Shown piece after piece: positions 9,356 through 18,034 of a stretch of DNA of 25,035 nt. A program made the translations under genes and the position numbers. Numbering within the stretch: position 1 is the stretch's first letter; every line of letters starts with the position of its first letter. The stretch covers positions 1 to 25,035 of the IMG/VR virus record IMGVR_UViG_3300034092_003054; one strand, written 5' to 3'. The notes beneath the pieces are model-generated. The model searched no databases. It had not been told where the DNA came from and saw only the letters and a list, made by a program, of their open reading frames with translations. The stretch comes from a virus (lineage: Duplodnaviria > Caudoviricetes).

Positions 9356-9680
9356 AAACCTTTCATTGACCGGGACAGTCACGATTGCATCGAGCGGGAC
9401 CGTATCGACGGCAATTACCATCGAGGGCGGTCGGACGGTGCTTGCACTCAGGACGCCAGCGACGCTAACCGGGACCGAATTCAAGTTCCAGGCCTCGACC
9501 GATGGCGATAACTTTTTCGCCTTGTACAACGGATCGACCGAATACGCGGTGACTGTTGCGGCGTCGCGGTACATCGCTTTAAATACCGAAGTGATGGCCG
9601 GGGTGCGATTCCTCAAGGTTGTCAGCGGGTCAAGCGAAGCGGCAGCAAGGACGATTAACATTGTGAGCGGGGAGCTGTAA
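9348..9680 (+). CDS. Hypothetical virion protein (small beta-sandwich)
   Basis: AAGGAG RBS and TTG start; FQASTDG...RFLKVV pattern. Confidence 0.7.
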   Translation: MAKNLSLTGTVTIASSGTVSTAITIEGGRTVLALRTPATLTGTEFKFQASTDGDNFFALYNGSTEYAVTVAASRYIALNTEVMAGVRFLKVVSGSSEAAARTINIVSGEL

Positions 9681-10097
9681 ATGTCGGCAATCGGCGAAGC
9701 ATTGCGAACCAAGCTACTAAGCTATTCGGCGGTATCTACGCTCATCGGGCAGCGTATGTATCCCGATGCGTTGGTTCAAAACGCAACGCTTCCAGCCGTG
9801 GTTTACTACGTCACATCGACCGAACGCGAAAGCCACCTACAGGGCCTCAGTAAGCTAGCTCACGCACGATTTACCATTGAATGCTACGCACTGACGCGAA
9901 CTACGGCAAGTTCGATCAGTCGAGCCATTAGGGACACTGGAATCGACGCCTTTCGGGGCGTTGTTAGTTCGCACACCTTTTGCGGGATCGATTTTGATTC
10001 CGGTGATGAATACATGCAGGAGCCGCCAACAGACGGCAATCAAGAGCACAGGTACATAGTTTCGTTTGATATGTTGGTCCATTACAAGGAGCCTTAA
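9681..10097 (+). CDS. Tail terminator (DUF3168-like)
   Basis: LIGQRMYP...LPAVVY...RFTIECYA motif; directly before the tail tube gene. Confidence 0.8.
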   Translation: MSAIGEALRTKLLSYSAVSTLIGQRMYPDALVQNATLPAVVYYVTSTERESHLQGLSKLAHARFTIECYALTRTTASSISRAIRDTGIDAFRGVVSSHTFCGIDFDSGDEYMQEPPTDGNQEHRYIVSFDMLVHYKEP

Positions 10098-10099
10098 AC

Positions 10100-10522
10100 A
10101 TGGCAGCATTGACAGTTGCAGATACCGGACTCGGAGCGACCATTTCGGGGACCGGATTGATTACTACTCAGGTTGTTTCGATCGGCGAAATGACGATCAG
10201 CGTCGATACGCTCGACATTACGAGCCTGGACACAACCGGCTTTGAAGCCCTTCGGCCTTCGGACCTTCGCAAGAATCCAGAGGTTGACGTTGTGTTTAAC
10301 TGGCTTGGGGCGGCGATTCCGATCACTACCGCGATGATTCCAACCTCGGAGCCTTACGCTGGAATCTCCGTTACGATCACTCTTCCTGGAGCCGGATCGC
10401 TCCAGGGGACGGCTTTCGTCAAGGAAGCCAAGACGCCAAAGCTTGCCAAGGGCGAGGTAATGAAGGGCAGCTACAAACTGCAATTCGACGGTGCCACTGA
10501 CGTTACATTTACTCCTGCGTAA
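10100..10522 (+). CDS. Major tail (tube) protein
   Basis: AAGGAG RBS; DTLDITSLD motif and C-terminal KLQFDG; position. Confidence 0.8.
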   Translation: MAALTVADTGLGATISGTGLITTQVVSIGEMTISVDTLDITSLDTTGFEALRPSDLRKNPEVDVVFNWLGAAIPITTAMIPTSEPYAGISVTITLPGAGSLQGTAFVKEAKTPKLAKGEVMKGSYKLQFDGATDVTFTPA

Positions 10523-10535
10523 GGAATGATCGAAG

Positions 10536-10853
10536 ATGGTTTTTGAATTGAATCGCCAGCGCGGAATATCGTTGGCTACCGGGATCGAGCGGGATTTGAA
10601 TCAGTGCCAGATCCGCGTTGGCGGTAAGCTTGTTGGTTATTTGCCGTTTGGTGAATCGCCTCAAATTCAAGCGATTTTTGAATTCCCGCATGATGCTTTG
10701 ACGGCTGAGGAAATCGCATCGCTCGGAGCACAACTCGAAGCGATCCAAGGCTATCCAGCCAAGGTTCAGCCGCCTGAGCAAGTTTCGCGCACCTTCGTTA
10801 AGGCAGCACTCGAAGCAATCGCACAAGCAAAGGGCGAAGAGGACGATGAGTAA
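10536..10853 (+). CDS. Hypothetical protein between tail tube and chaperone genes
   Basis: 105-aa ORF; its stop overlaps the next start. Confidence 0.7.
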   Translation: MVFELNRQRGISLATGIERDLNQCQIRVGGKLVGYLPFGESPQIQAIFEFPHDALTAEEIASLGAQLEAIQGYPAKVQPPEQVSRTFVKAALEAIAQAKGEEDDE

Positions 10854-11199
10854 CCAAGACGAATTCCTTGCACTGGCAAGGCGTGATTTGGCCGTCGAGC
10901 CGGTCACGGTCAAGGGCAAGCAGTATTTCATCCATGAGCTATCCGAATCGGATGCGGCAAACATGGAAGTCGAGCTACAAACCAAAAAGGGCTATGACTG
11001 GACAGCACATCGGCGGGTGATGGTTGCCTACTGTCTTCGGGATGAATCAGGGCAGCGGGTTGTAACGGATCCTAACGTACTGCGAGACCTTCCGCGTTCG
11101 GTTGTTGGGCCTCTTTACGATCAATGCTTGGATATCAACAAGTACGACCAAGGGGAGATCGAGGCCTTAGCAAAAAAATCAGAAAGAGCCGACGCCTGA
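10846..11199 (+). CDS. Tail assembly chaperone (lambda gpG analogue)
   Basis: Precedes the tape measure gene; ends just after the slippery ...EALAKK sequence. Confidence 0.85.
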   Translation: MSNQDEFLALARRDLAVEPVTVKGKQYFIHELSESDAANMEVELQTKKGYDWTAHRRVMVAYCLRDESGQRVVTDPNVLRDLPRSVVGPLYDQCLDINKYDQGEIEALAKKSERADA

Positions 11200-11217
11200 A
11201 AGTGGCGTTTAGGCTCT
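11172..11217 (+). promoter_or_regulatory. Programmed -1 ribosomal frameshift signal
   Basis: In-frame A AAA AAA heptamer (11172-11178), 6-nt spacer, then stem-loop AGAGCC-GACGCC/GGCGTT-GGCTCT (11185-11217). Confidence 0.85.
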
Positions 11218-11531
11218 GCTTGAAATGGGGAATCCAGGATCCGGCGGCGTGGATGCAAAGTCTACCCGCTGGGGCTTTAAATCAGTGGCTAGCGTGGGAC
11301 ATGGTGGAACCGATGGGGGAACGCTGGATGCAGACTGCGAAGCTCTTAGAAGCCCTCTATTTGCCCCTCTACGCACGGGCCGATGAAGAACCGCCTGACG
11401 CATCGGATTTTATGCCGGATCGCTTCTATAGGCCCAAGGTTAGCGCAGCCTCGATTCTCAAGCAATCGGCGGAATCCTGTAAGGCGATGGCGAACCAAGT
11501 GAAATCGATGTTCGGATTCGGAGGCAAGTAG
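11178..11531 (+). CDS. -1 frame extension of the chaperone (gpGT analogue; fused product about 228 aa from 10846)
   Basis: Open -1 frame spans the slippery site and ends 2 nt before the tape measure ATG; no good independent start. Confidence 0.82.
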   Translation: MRKSRRLKVAFRLCLKWGIQDPAAWMQSLPAGALNQWLAWDMVEPMGERWMQTAKLLEALYLPLYARADEEPPDASDFMPDRFYRPKVSAASILKQSAESCKAMANQVKSMFGFGGK

Positions 11532-11533
11532 CT

Positions 11534-13801
11534 ATGGCGCAAACGATTAACGTAGCGAATATCCGAATCGGGATGAATGCCGACGGCGGCGAGTTCATGC
11601 GAGGCGAACTTCGCAGCATTACGTCGATTCTTAAGCAATCTGAAACGCCTCTCGATAAGTTCCATGAGCAGATGAAGCTCATGGACAGGGCTTTCAAAGA
11701 GGGTGCGATTAGTGCCGAGCAGTTCGCCCAAAGCGAAGAGTTCTTAGCCAAAAAATTCGGCGTTCTTACCTACAAAATGGAAGAGCAGCTACAAGCCGAA
11801 AAAAAGCTAGCGGACCAAGCAATCAGGACGGCAGAAGCGAAAAAGGCTCTAGCCGACAGCGCGGCAAGGCTTGAAAGGATCATCGAGGCAAGCCACACGC
11901 CATTTCAACGGATGGCCCAAGACGTTGCATTCCTGGACAAGCAATACCAAGCGGGAAAACTTGACGCGAACACGTACAACGCGGCGGTGGATGCTCTAGC
12001 CAAGAAACATGGCGTAGCGGCGATCTATGCCGATCGAGCGGCAGAGGCGAACCGCAAGCTAGCTCAAGCGGAAAAAGAGGCGGCCAATTACGCCAACTGG
12101 GTAGCAGACGCCAATAAGAGATTCGCAAGGGAAACCGAAGCAGCAACGGCGGCGGCAAACAAGCAATCCCTGGCGATGAATTCTCAAGCGTCGTCAATGC
12201 GATCGCTACAGATGATTGCGAACCAATACATCGGCATTGCGGCAGGGTTTCAGGCAATCAAGAAATCCGTTTTGCTTGCGACGGAACTAGAGAATAACGC
12301 GATCGCTTTCGAGGTTATGACGGGCTCGGCATCCAGGGCCAATACGCTCCTGAGAGAATTCAAGCTTCTCGACGTTGAAAGCCCTTTGAATTACGGCGAA
12401 TTCGCCAGGGCCGGGCAGACGTTGATGCAGTTCGGCGTTGAATCGACGCGGGTATCTCAGCACCTTGAGCGGCTAGCAGCGATCAGCCTTGGCAATCGCG
12501 ACAAGTTCCAAAGCCTTTCGTTGGCATTCGGTCAGACCCAAGCAGCGGGCCGATTGATGGGGCAAGAAGTCTTGCAAATGATCAACAGCGGGTTCAATCC
12601 GCTGCAGGAGATCAGCCGGACCACTGGTATCAGCATGGTCGAGCTAAAGAAGCGGATGGAGGACGGGCAGATATCCGCTGAGATGGTGGCCAGGGCATTC
12701 CAGACGGCCACGTCGGAAGGCGGGTTGTTTTACGGCATGAATGAGCGGCTGTCTCAATCTATGTCGGGCCAGTTCGCCAAGATGGAAAGCGAAATCAAAG
12801 CGGCGGCGATCAGCCTTGGAACCGACTTGATGCCGATGCTCAAGCAAGTTACTGGAATGCTTCGGGAGGGCATTGGAGGCGAGGGCGGCGGCGAACGTGG
12901 TATTGTTGGATTCAACATCAAGCTAGCCTCGGATGCTTACGCTTCGCTTTTTGCCGGGATCGGTACGGGCATCGAGAGTGCGTCCAAGTCAGTTCGTAAT
13001 CTGGACCTAACTTCGGGCCTTGTCGGCGCGGTGATGGATGGCCTCAATGCGACGCTAGACAAGAGCCAAGAAATCAAAGACGCGGAACTAGACCGGGAAG
13101 CGGCGTTGATTAGGGCGGCCAACCAAGAGGGCGAAATAGCCAAAAAGAAAGCCGAGCAAGTCGAGCAATCAAAGCGACTGGCCGAAGCTGAAATGGAGCG
13201 AACCAGGGCCGAAAATCTTCGAGTGAACACGCTCAAGTCTGATATCGAATTCCAAAAAAAGACTTTTGGCGACCTATCCAAGTTACGCGAAGAATACGAC
13301 AAGCTCACACTAGGCGACGATGAAGCAAGGCGGCAAAAGCAGGCCCGCGACGGGTACAAGCAGCAAGACATCGAGCGTTTCGACAACATGAAAAAGCTAG
13401 TGGACGCGGAGAGGCAACGCAAAGACGCGATGAGCGAATCGGCAGCGATCGAAAAAGAAATGATGAGCGACAAGCAAAAGGCTACAGCGGAAATCCAAAG
13501 GTTACGGGCTTTGTTTGCTCAGTTGACGCCTGAGCAGCAAGCCGGATCGATGGGGCAGGCGAACATTGCCAAGCAGGCTCAGGTCCAGCAAAAGCTATCC
13601 GACCCGGCGGTTGACATTGCCAAAAACATCGCCCCTGCCCTCAAAGCCGGATCCAAAGAGGCGGCAGCGTTCCTCTTGTCTCAGCGAACCGACGCAGCCG
13701 AAAAAGCAGAGCGGAAGAAATGGCAGGATTCGCTATTGCTCGAAGCGCAAAAGGCTAACCGATTAGCAGAGACTCAGCAGCAAGTAGCGAGGGCAAGGTA
13801 A
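11534..13801 (+). CDS. Tail tape measure protein (755 aa)
   Basis: Ala/Gln/Lys-rich helical protein with tape-measure core FEVMTGS...SPL...GRLMGQEVLQM...FNPLQEIS. Confidence 0.93.
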   Translation: MAQTINVANIRIGMNADGGEFMRGELRSITSILKQSETPLDKFHEQMKLMDRAFKEGAISAEQFAQSEEFLAKKFGVLTYKMEEQLQAEKKLADQAIRTAEAKKALADSAARLERIIEASHTPFQRMAQDVAFLDKQYQAGKLDANTYNAAVDALAKKHGVAAIYADRAAEANRKLAQAEKEAANYANWVADANKRFARETEAATAAANKQSLAMNSQASSMRSLQMIANQYIGIAAGFQAIKKSVLLATELENNAIAFEVMTGSASRANTLLREFKLLDVESPLNYGEFARAGQTLMQFGVESTRVSQHLERLAAISLGNRDKFQSLSLAFGQTQAAGRLMGQEVLQMINSGFNPLQEISRTTGISMVELKKRMEDGQISAEMVARAFQTATSEGGLFYGMNERLSQSMSGQFAKMESEIKAAAISLGTDLMPMLKQVTGMLREGIGGEGGGERGIVGFNIKLASDAYASLFAGIGTGIESASKSVRNLDLTSGLVGAVMDGLNATLDKSQEIKDAELDREAALIRAANQEGEIAKKKAEQVEQSKRLAEAEMERTRAENLRVNTLKSDIEFQKKTFGDLSKLREEYDKLTLGDDEARRQKQARDGYKQQDIERFDNMKKLVDAERQRKDAMSESAAIEKEMMSDKQKATAEIQRLRALFAQLTPEQQAGSMGQANIAKQAQVQQKLSDPAVDIAKNIAPALKAGSKEAAAFLLSQRTDAAEKAERKKWQDSLLLEAQKANRLAETQQQVARAR

Positions 13802-14673
13802 TGTCTAACGAATTGGTCGGCGCGGAACTTCGCAAGGGTTCAGGTTTTGCTCGCAAGGGCCAAGGCTTTCAACTCATCCTCGGCGAAACTTGGAACTACC
13901 GGGTAAAGACCGATCAAGTTACATCCAACCGCCAAAGCATCCTCTATGATACGCCTGGACTCCCTCGGGCCGGATTGCTCTACGGGCCACTAGGCTTGAT
14001 TTGCGATAGCGTGGACTGCGATCGAGAGGAAAAGCACGCTCTTTACTGGAATGTCACGGCTCGATTCCAAACCGGGACGGAAGAACAAAAACAGAACAGC
14101 GAATCCAATCCAGACCCGGCAACGTGGATACCGATTTTCAAAATCGATTCGTTTGTGACGAAAGAAAAGGTTCTAGCCAAGGATCGATCAAGCCCATCTA
14201 AATACCCGGTCAATTCAGCGGGTACGCCTTTCGACCAACCGCTAACCGATACATCGAGTTTTTGCCAGTTCTCTTTCGTGCAGTTCGACGACCCAGGGCT
14301 AAAGCTAAAAGACTTCCTCGACCGAAACGACATTGTAAACACAACGGCATTCACGGCTCTCGGCCAGACGTTTGCGGCTAGAACCCTACTCCTGGAGGTT
14401 CAAGAGGCCGAATTAGGCTCATATGCGGGCTATGCAGCGTGGAGAGCCAAATACAAGGTCACCTATGACCCTGACACGCACGATGAGAAGCGGGCCGACA
14501 TTGGGCCGTTTTATCTCGACGGTGGCAATAAAGTGCGATACATGGACGATACTAAGCACTTCCCAATGATAGGGGCCTTAAACGGATCAGGGGCAAAAGC
14601 GGCGAATCCAGCCGAGTTGGTTTTTCGGTGCAAAAAGGAAGTCGAATTCTCCACCATAATCAGGACTTCCTAG
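13801..14673 (+). CDS. Putative distal tail / tail-tip protein
   Basis: TAATG coupling to the tape measure gene; function by position only. Confidence 0.6.
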   Translation: MSNELVGAELRKGSGFARKGQGFQLILGETWNYRVKTDQVTSNRQSILYDTPGLPRAGLLYGPLGLICDSVDCDREEKHALYWNVTARFQTGTEEQKQNSESNPDPATWIPIFKIDSFVTKEKVLAKDRSSPSKYPVNSAGTPFDQPLTDTSSFCQFSFVQFDDPGLKLKDFLDRNDIVNTTAFTALGQTFAARTLLLEVQEAELGSYAGYAAWRAKYKVTYDPDTHDEKRADIGPFYLDGGNKVRYMDDTKHFPMIGALNGSGAKAANPAELVFRCKKEVEFSTIIRTS

Positions 14674-14674
14674 A

Positions 14675-15010
14675 ATGGCCGATACAACGCTTTACGCTTT
14701 TAACAATGCCGACAGCCAGGCCTTGCTTGGCATGATCGGAGCGACGAAGCCAAGCGGCTCTATTAGTTCGGATTTGGTATCAACTGCCGATATCCTTGTG
14801 GCTGTGGCTACGTCGGCGATCACGGCTAGGGCGGGAACCACGTTGGGCGTAGGGACGGCATCGGCAAAGCAGATTTCGGATGCTAGGGTATTGTCAAATT
14901 TGTTCGGGTCAGACATCGAGGTTTTGAACGCTGGATCGGCGATACCAAACGGGGCTAGTTTGATTTGCTTTCGGGTTGGTAATCGTTGGCTAGCCGTGGA
15001 GATTTGCTAA
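14675..15010 (+). CDS. Putative small tail-tip protein ending in Cys
   Basis: 111 aa, beta-rich, ends ...WLAVEIC; tightly packed between neighbours. Confidence 0.6.
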   Translation: MADTTLYAFNNADSQALLGMIGATKPSGSISSDLVSTADILVAVATSAITARAGTTLGVGTASAKQISDARVLSNLFGSDIEVLNAGSAIPNGASLICFRVGNRWLAVEIC

Positions 15011-16405
15011 ATGGGATGCTTCGGTAAGTGCGGTTGCCCATGTTGCTTGACAGGTGCTGAAATACCTTTCAGCGGCGTCAAACTCAAAACCCCTTACGAA
15101 AACTGCAACGGCAGTCCAGGCGACCCGGTTTACCCTCAATTTGGAATCAACCCGAGTGAAACAGATTGCTGTTTCGAGGGGAGGTTTTTGTTGCAGTGCC
15201 AGCCGGTTTCCGAAAGCTGTAGCCTTTGGGCTAAAAGGGTTGTTACCAATTCATTTACGGTAAACTACTACCAAAAAGAAAACGCATTTCTGACGACTAC
15301 AGACCCCGAGCCGGAGGGGTGCTGCGAATGCACCCTGGTTCAATCGAAATCTAACTCAGGGACGGCTACGGCAAGGCGGTTTTTTGGCACGAAGCGAACA
15401 CTAAACGCGATCAAGATTACGATAGGAAAGACGCTTATAAAGTGCGACGGGGACGAAGAGCCGACTTGCAAATACTACATAGCGGCAACCTATGAATTTA
15501 TCGTCGAAGAGGGGATGAGCCCACAGATAGACCACTCGGTATCAGCCCAGTCTTGCACAGGTGTTTTTCGCCCGGGCGATTGCTCCATCTCCGCTAGCTG
15601 GTCTACTGAGTTCGGCGAAGATACGGACACTTGCCCGGATGATGCAATTCAATACACCGAACTAAGTACGGTCGAAATCACGCGGGCTAAATTCTTCGAT
15701 GAATTGCCGACGGGAGAAATCGAGATCACTGCCGATGATGGCGTACCGTTTTCGTGTTGCGACGGGAAAGTTAATTGCGGCATTTCCCAAGTACCTTGCG
15801 GGCTAAATATCGGCGGCAGCAATTGCTTTGGCAATGTACCTTTGTACGACGAAGTTGAGTTCGGCTACTTGTCGGTTTGTAATTTGTTCTTAGATGGGGG
15901 TCCATTGTGGCTAGACGAAGATACCGGAGAGCTAAAGTGCTTTGAGGTTCAAGCAAACGGAATGTACGAACCCGCTCCTTTTACATCTACCTGTTTTACC
16001 AGAGTCGCGGAATCTGGGTGCTATTCGCCAGAGCCAGAATGCGAAGGAACTACGCTAGGCGTAGATCGATTCGTTAAGGATGCTTACGACTACACAGCCA
16101 ACCCATTGGGCAACGGACTCGAAGGCGGTAGTATGTGCAACGCTCTCGATGTTGACTACGTGAATCCTGGAAACGTAGCGGGCGCAGACTGCGACGGGAG
16201 TACACCCCCTCCAGGCCTTTGCACTGTACCGAATTGCTGCGTTAGCTATATCGACAACGGCTTTTCGATCGAGACAAACTGCCAGTACCTAGGGCAGTTC
16301 TGCGGGCGAAAGATCGTTGATTACGAATGCGATCACGTCAGGACTGATTACTCTGCCGGGGCGTTTTGCTTGTCGCTTCCAACTGTCACGCTGGAGCTTG
16401 TCTAA
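15011..16405 (+). CDS. Cysteine-rich acidic protein (37 Cys/464 aa), probable tail-tip or receptor-binding protein
   Basis: Manual count of 37 Cys (about 8%); N-terminal MGCFGKCGCPCC; five CC doublets; no signal peptide; last large gene of the tail module. Confidence 0.75.
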   Translation: MGCFGKCGCPCCLTGAEIPFSGVKLKTPYENCNGSPGDPVYPQFGINPSETDCCFEGRFLLQCQPVSESCSLWAKRVVTNSFTVNYYQKENAFLTTTDPEPEGCCECTLVQSKSNSGTATARRFFGTKRTLNAIKITIGKTLIKCDGDEEPTCKYYIAATYEFIVEEGMSPQIDHSVSAQSCTGVFRPGDCSISASWSTEFGEDTDTCPDDAIQYTELSTVEITRAKFFDELPTGEIEITADDGVPFSCCDGKVNCGISQVPCGLNIGGSNCFGNVPLYDEVEFGYLSVCNLFLDGGPLWLDEDTGELKCFEVQANGMYEPAPFTSTCFTRVAESGCYSPEPECEGTTLGVDRFVKDAYDYTANPLGNGLEGGSMCNALDVDYVNPGNVAGADCDGSTPPPGLCTVPNCCVSYIDNGFSIETNCQYLGQFCGRKIVDYECDHVRTDYSAGAFCLSLPTVTLELV

Positions 16406-16809
16406 TGTTTCCAAGGGACACGCTAAAAGGTTTTAATCTATCGTCGACAATAGGGACAAGACCAAGGTCAGAGCCAAGGATAACGATTAGTGGCGTGGTG
16501 ATTGAGCGAAAGCCTAACCCTTGGATCCTATTGCACGATGGCAGCATAAAAACCATCGAGCAGCTAACCGAATGGGAACTGCTCATCCCCCAATACGGTT
16601 GCTCTTGCAAACGATTCTACGCCGAATGGAAAGCGGCTAATCCCCCCGACTTCTCATCCCCCGAAGCATTCTTTGCCTGGGGCGTTCGGCTGCACAACGC
16701 AGTCAACGCGAAGCTTGGCAAGCCTGAAATCACGATCGACGAAGCCTATAAAATCTGGAGGAAATCAGATGGCTTGGAAGTTAAAACAAATCTCGAACAA
16801 CGTCCATGA
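16405..16809 (+). CDS. Erv1/Alr-family FAD-dependent sulfhydryl oxidase-like protein (134 aa)
   Basis: WILLH ... IPQYGCSCK ... PPDFSS..AFFAW..RLHNAVNAKLGKP matches the Erv pattern W..LH / PCxxC / W...HN.VN..LGK. GGAG RBS at 16393-16396; ATG overlaps the upstream TAA. Confidence 0.85.
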   Translation: MFPRDTLKGFNLSSTIGTRPRSEPRITISGVVIERKPNPWILLHDGSIKTIEQLTEWELLIPQYGCSCKRFYAEWKAANPPDFSSPEAFFAWGVRLHNAVNAKLGKPEITIDEAYKIWRKSDGLEVKTNLEQRP

Positions 16810-17647
16810 AATAACGATCGACCTAAGCAGAAACAAAGACTGGGAGCAATGGGTTTTGCTCCGGTCGGATGTTCACCACGATAACCCGAAGTGCGACCAA
16901 GACCTAGAGCGGCAGCACTTGCAAGAGGCCCTTGATTACGATGCCCCCATCATTGACAACGGCGATTTGTTTTGCGCGATGCAAGGGCGTTGGGATAAGC
17001 GGGCAGATAAATCAGCACTCAGGCCAGAGCATCAGGGGAGCAACTATTTCGATTTGCTTGTCGAGACAGCGGCAGACTTTTATGAGCCGTTCAAAAGCCA
17101 CCTAGCGGTACTTGGCAGGGGCAACCATGAGACAGCAATGACCAAGGCCCATGAGACGGACCTGACGGATAGATTGGCATCGCGTTTAAGGCATCGCGGC
17201 GGTATCGCTGAGGCTAGCGGATACGGCGGTTGGGTTATCTTCCGGTTTAAGGATGGGGGCCAATCAGGTGCCAAAGCGATTAAAGACACGGTAATGCTTC
17301 ACCACTATCACGGGACGGGCGGCGGCGGGCCAGTGACGCGGGGGACAATCCAGACCAATCGCCTTGCTGTATTTACCCCCGATGCAAATATCGTATTGAC
17401 GGGGCACACTCACGACGAATGGCAAATGCCGATCAGGCGGCAACGGATCACGATCTACGGCGGCATCTACCATGATGAACAGCTGCATATCCGAGTTCCA
17501 GGATACAAGGATGCATGGGGCGATGGCGACGGCGGTTGGGAAGTTGAGAAGATGCTAGGCCCGAAGAATATCGGCTCGGCGTGGCTTAAATTTTGGTGGG
17601 ACTGGAAAAATGGTTGCGTTCGGTACGATTCGCAGAGGGCGAAATAG
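16769..17647 (+). CDS. Calcineurin-like metallophosphoesterase
   Basis: All five motifs: SDVH, NGDLF, GNHE, YHG, GHTH; GGAGG RBS at 16757-16761. Confidence 0.9.
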   Translation: MAWKLKQISNNVHEITIDLSRNKDWEQWVLLRSDVHHDNPKCDQDLERQHLQEALDYDAPIIDNGDLFCAMQGRWDKRADKSALRPEHQGSNYFDLLVETAADFYEPFKSHLAVLGRGNHETAMTKAHETDLTDRLASRLRHRGGIAEASGYGGWVIFRFKDGGQSGAKAIKDTVMLHHYHGTGGGGPVTRGTIQTNRLAVFTPDANIVLTGHTHDEWQMPIRRQRITIYGGIYHDEQLHIRVPGYKDAWGDGDGGWEVEKMLGPKNIGSAWLKFWWDWKNGCVRYDSQRAK

Positions 17648-17910
17648 TGAAGGCCATAATCCGCAAACAAACCTGGACTATCCGCGACGACACAAGGCCG
17701 GACGAATTTGGCTATTGCGACCTCGAAGGCGATCGAGGCCAGCCTAGAACGATCGGCATCCGCTCAGGGCTAGACGAGGGGCAAGACCTGGACACAACGC
17801 TTCACGAATGCTTGCACGCAGCAATGCCAGACCTGTCCGAAGAGGCGGTGACGGAAATCGCAAGCGACCTTGCCAGGGTGCTTTTGGCGCGTGGTTTCGG
17901 GCGTTCCTAG
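17647..17910 (+). CDS. Small HExxH zincin-like protein (87 aa)
   Basis: GYCD...IGI...DTTLHECLHA...EEAV; GTG overlaps the upstream TAG. Confidence 0.75.
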   Translation: MKAIIRKQTWTIRDDTRPDEFGYCDLEGDRGQPRTIGIRSGLDEGQDLDTTLHECLHAAMPDLSEEAVTEIASDLARVLLARGFGRS

Positions 17911-18004
17911 CCACCTAGCCAAAAAAACCACGATCTTTTTCCCTGCGTTTTCGTTGGCGAAACGAATATTTTGGGAAACTTCGATATCTTTATCGGTAAA
18001 GGTG

Positions 18005-18034
18005 TTGACCTTTGTTTGGCCGGTCGATTAATAT
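18005..18034 (+). promoter_or_regulatory. Sigma70-like early promoter
   Basis: TTGACC (18005-18010), 18-nt spacer, TAATAT (18029-18034), in an AT-rich intergenic gap between late and early modules. Confidence 0.65.

Noticed and set aside
15011-15046. N-myristoylation of the MGC... start by analogy with poxvirus L1
   Set aside because: Bacteria lack N-myristoyltransferase and none is encoded here; probably coincidence.
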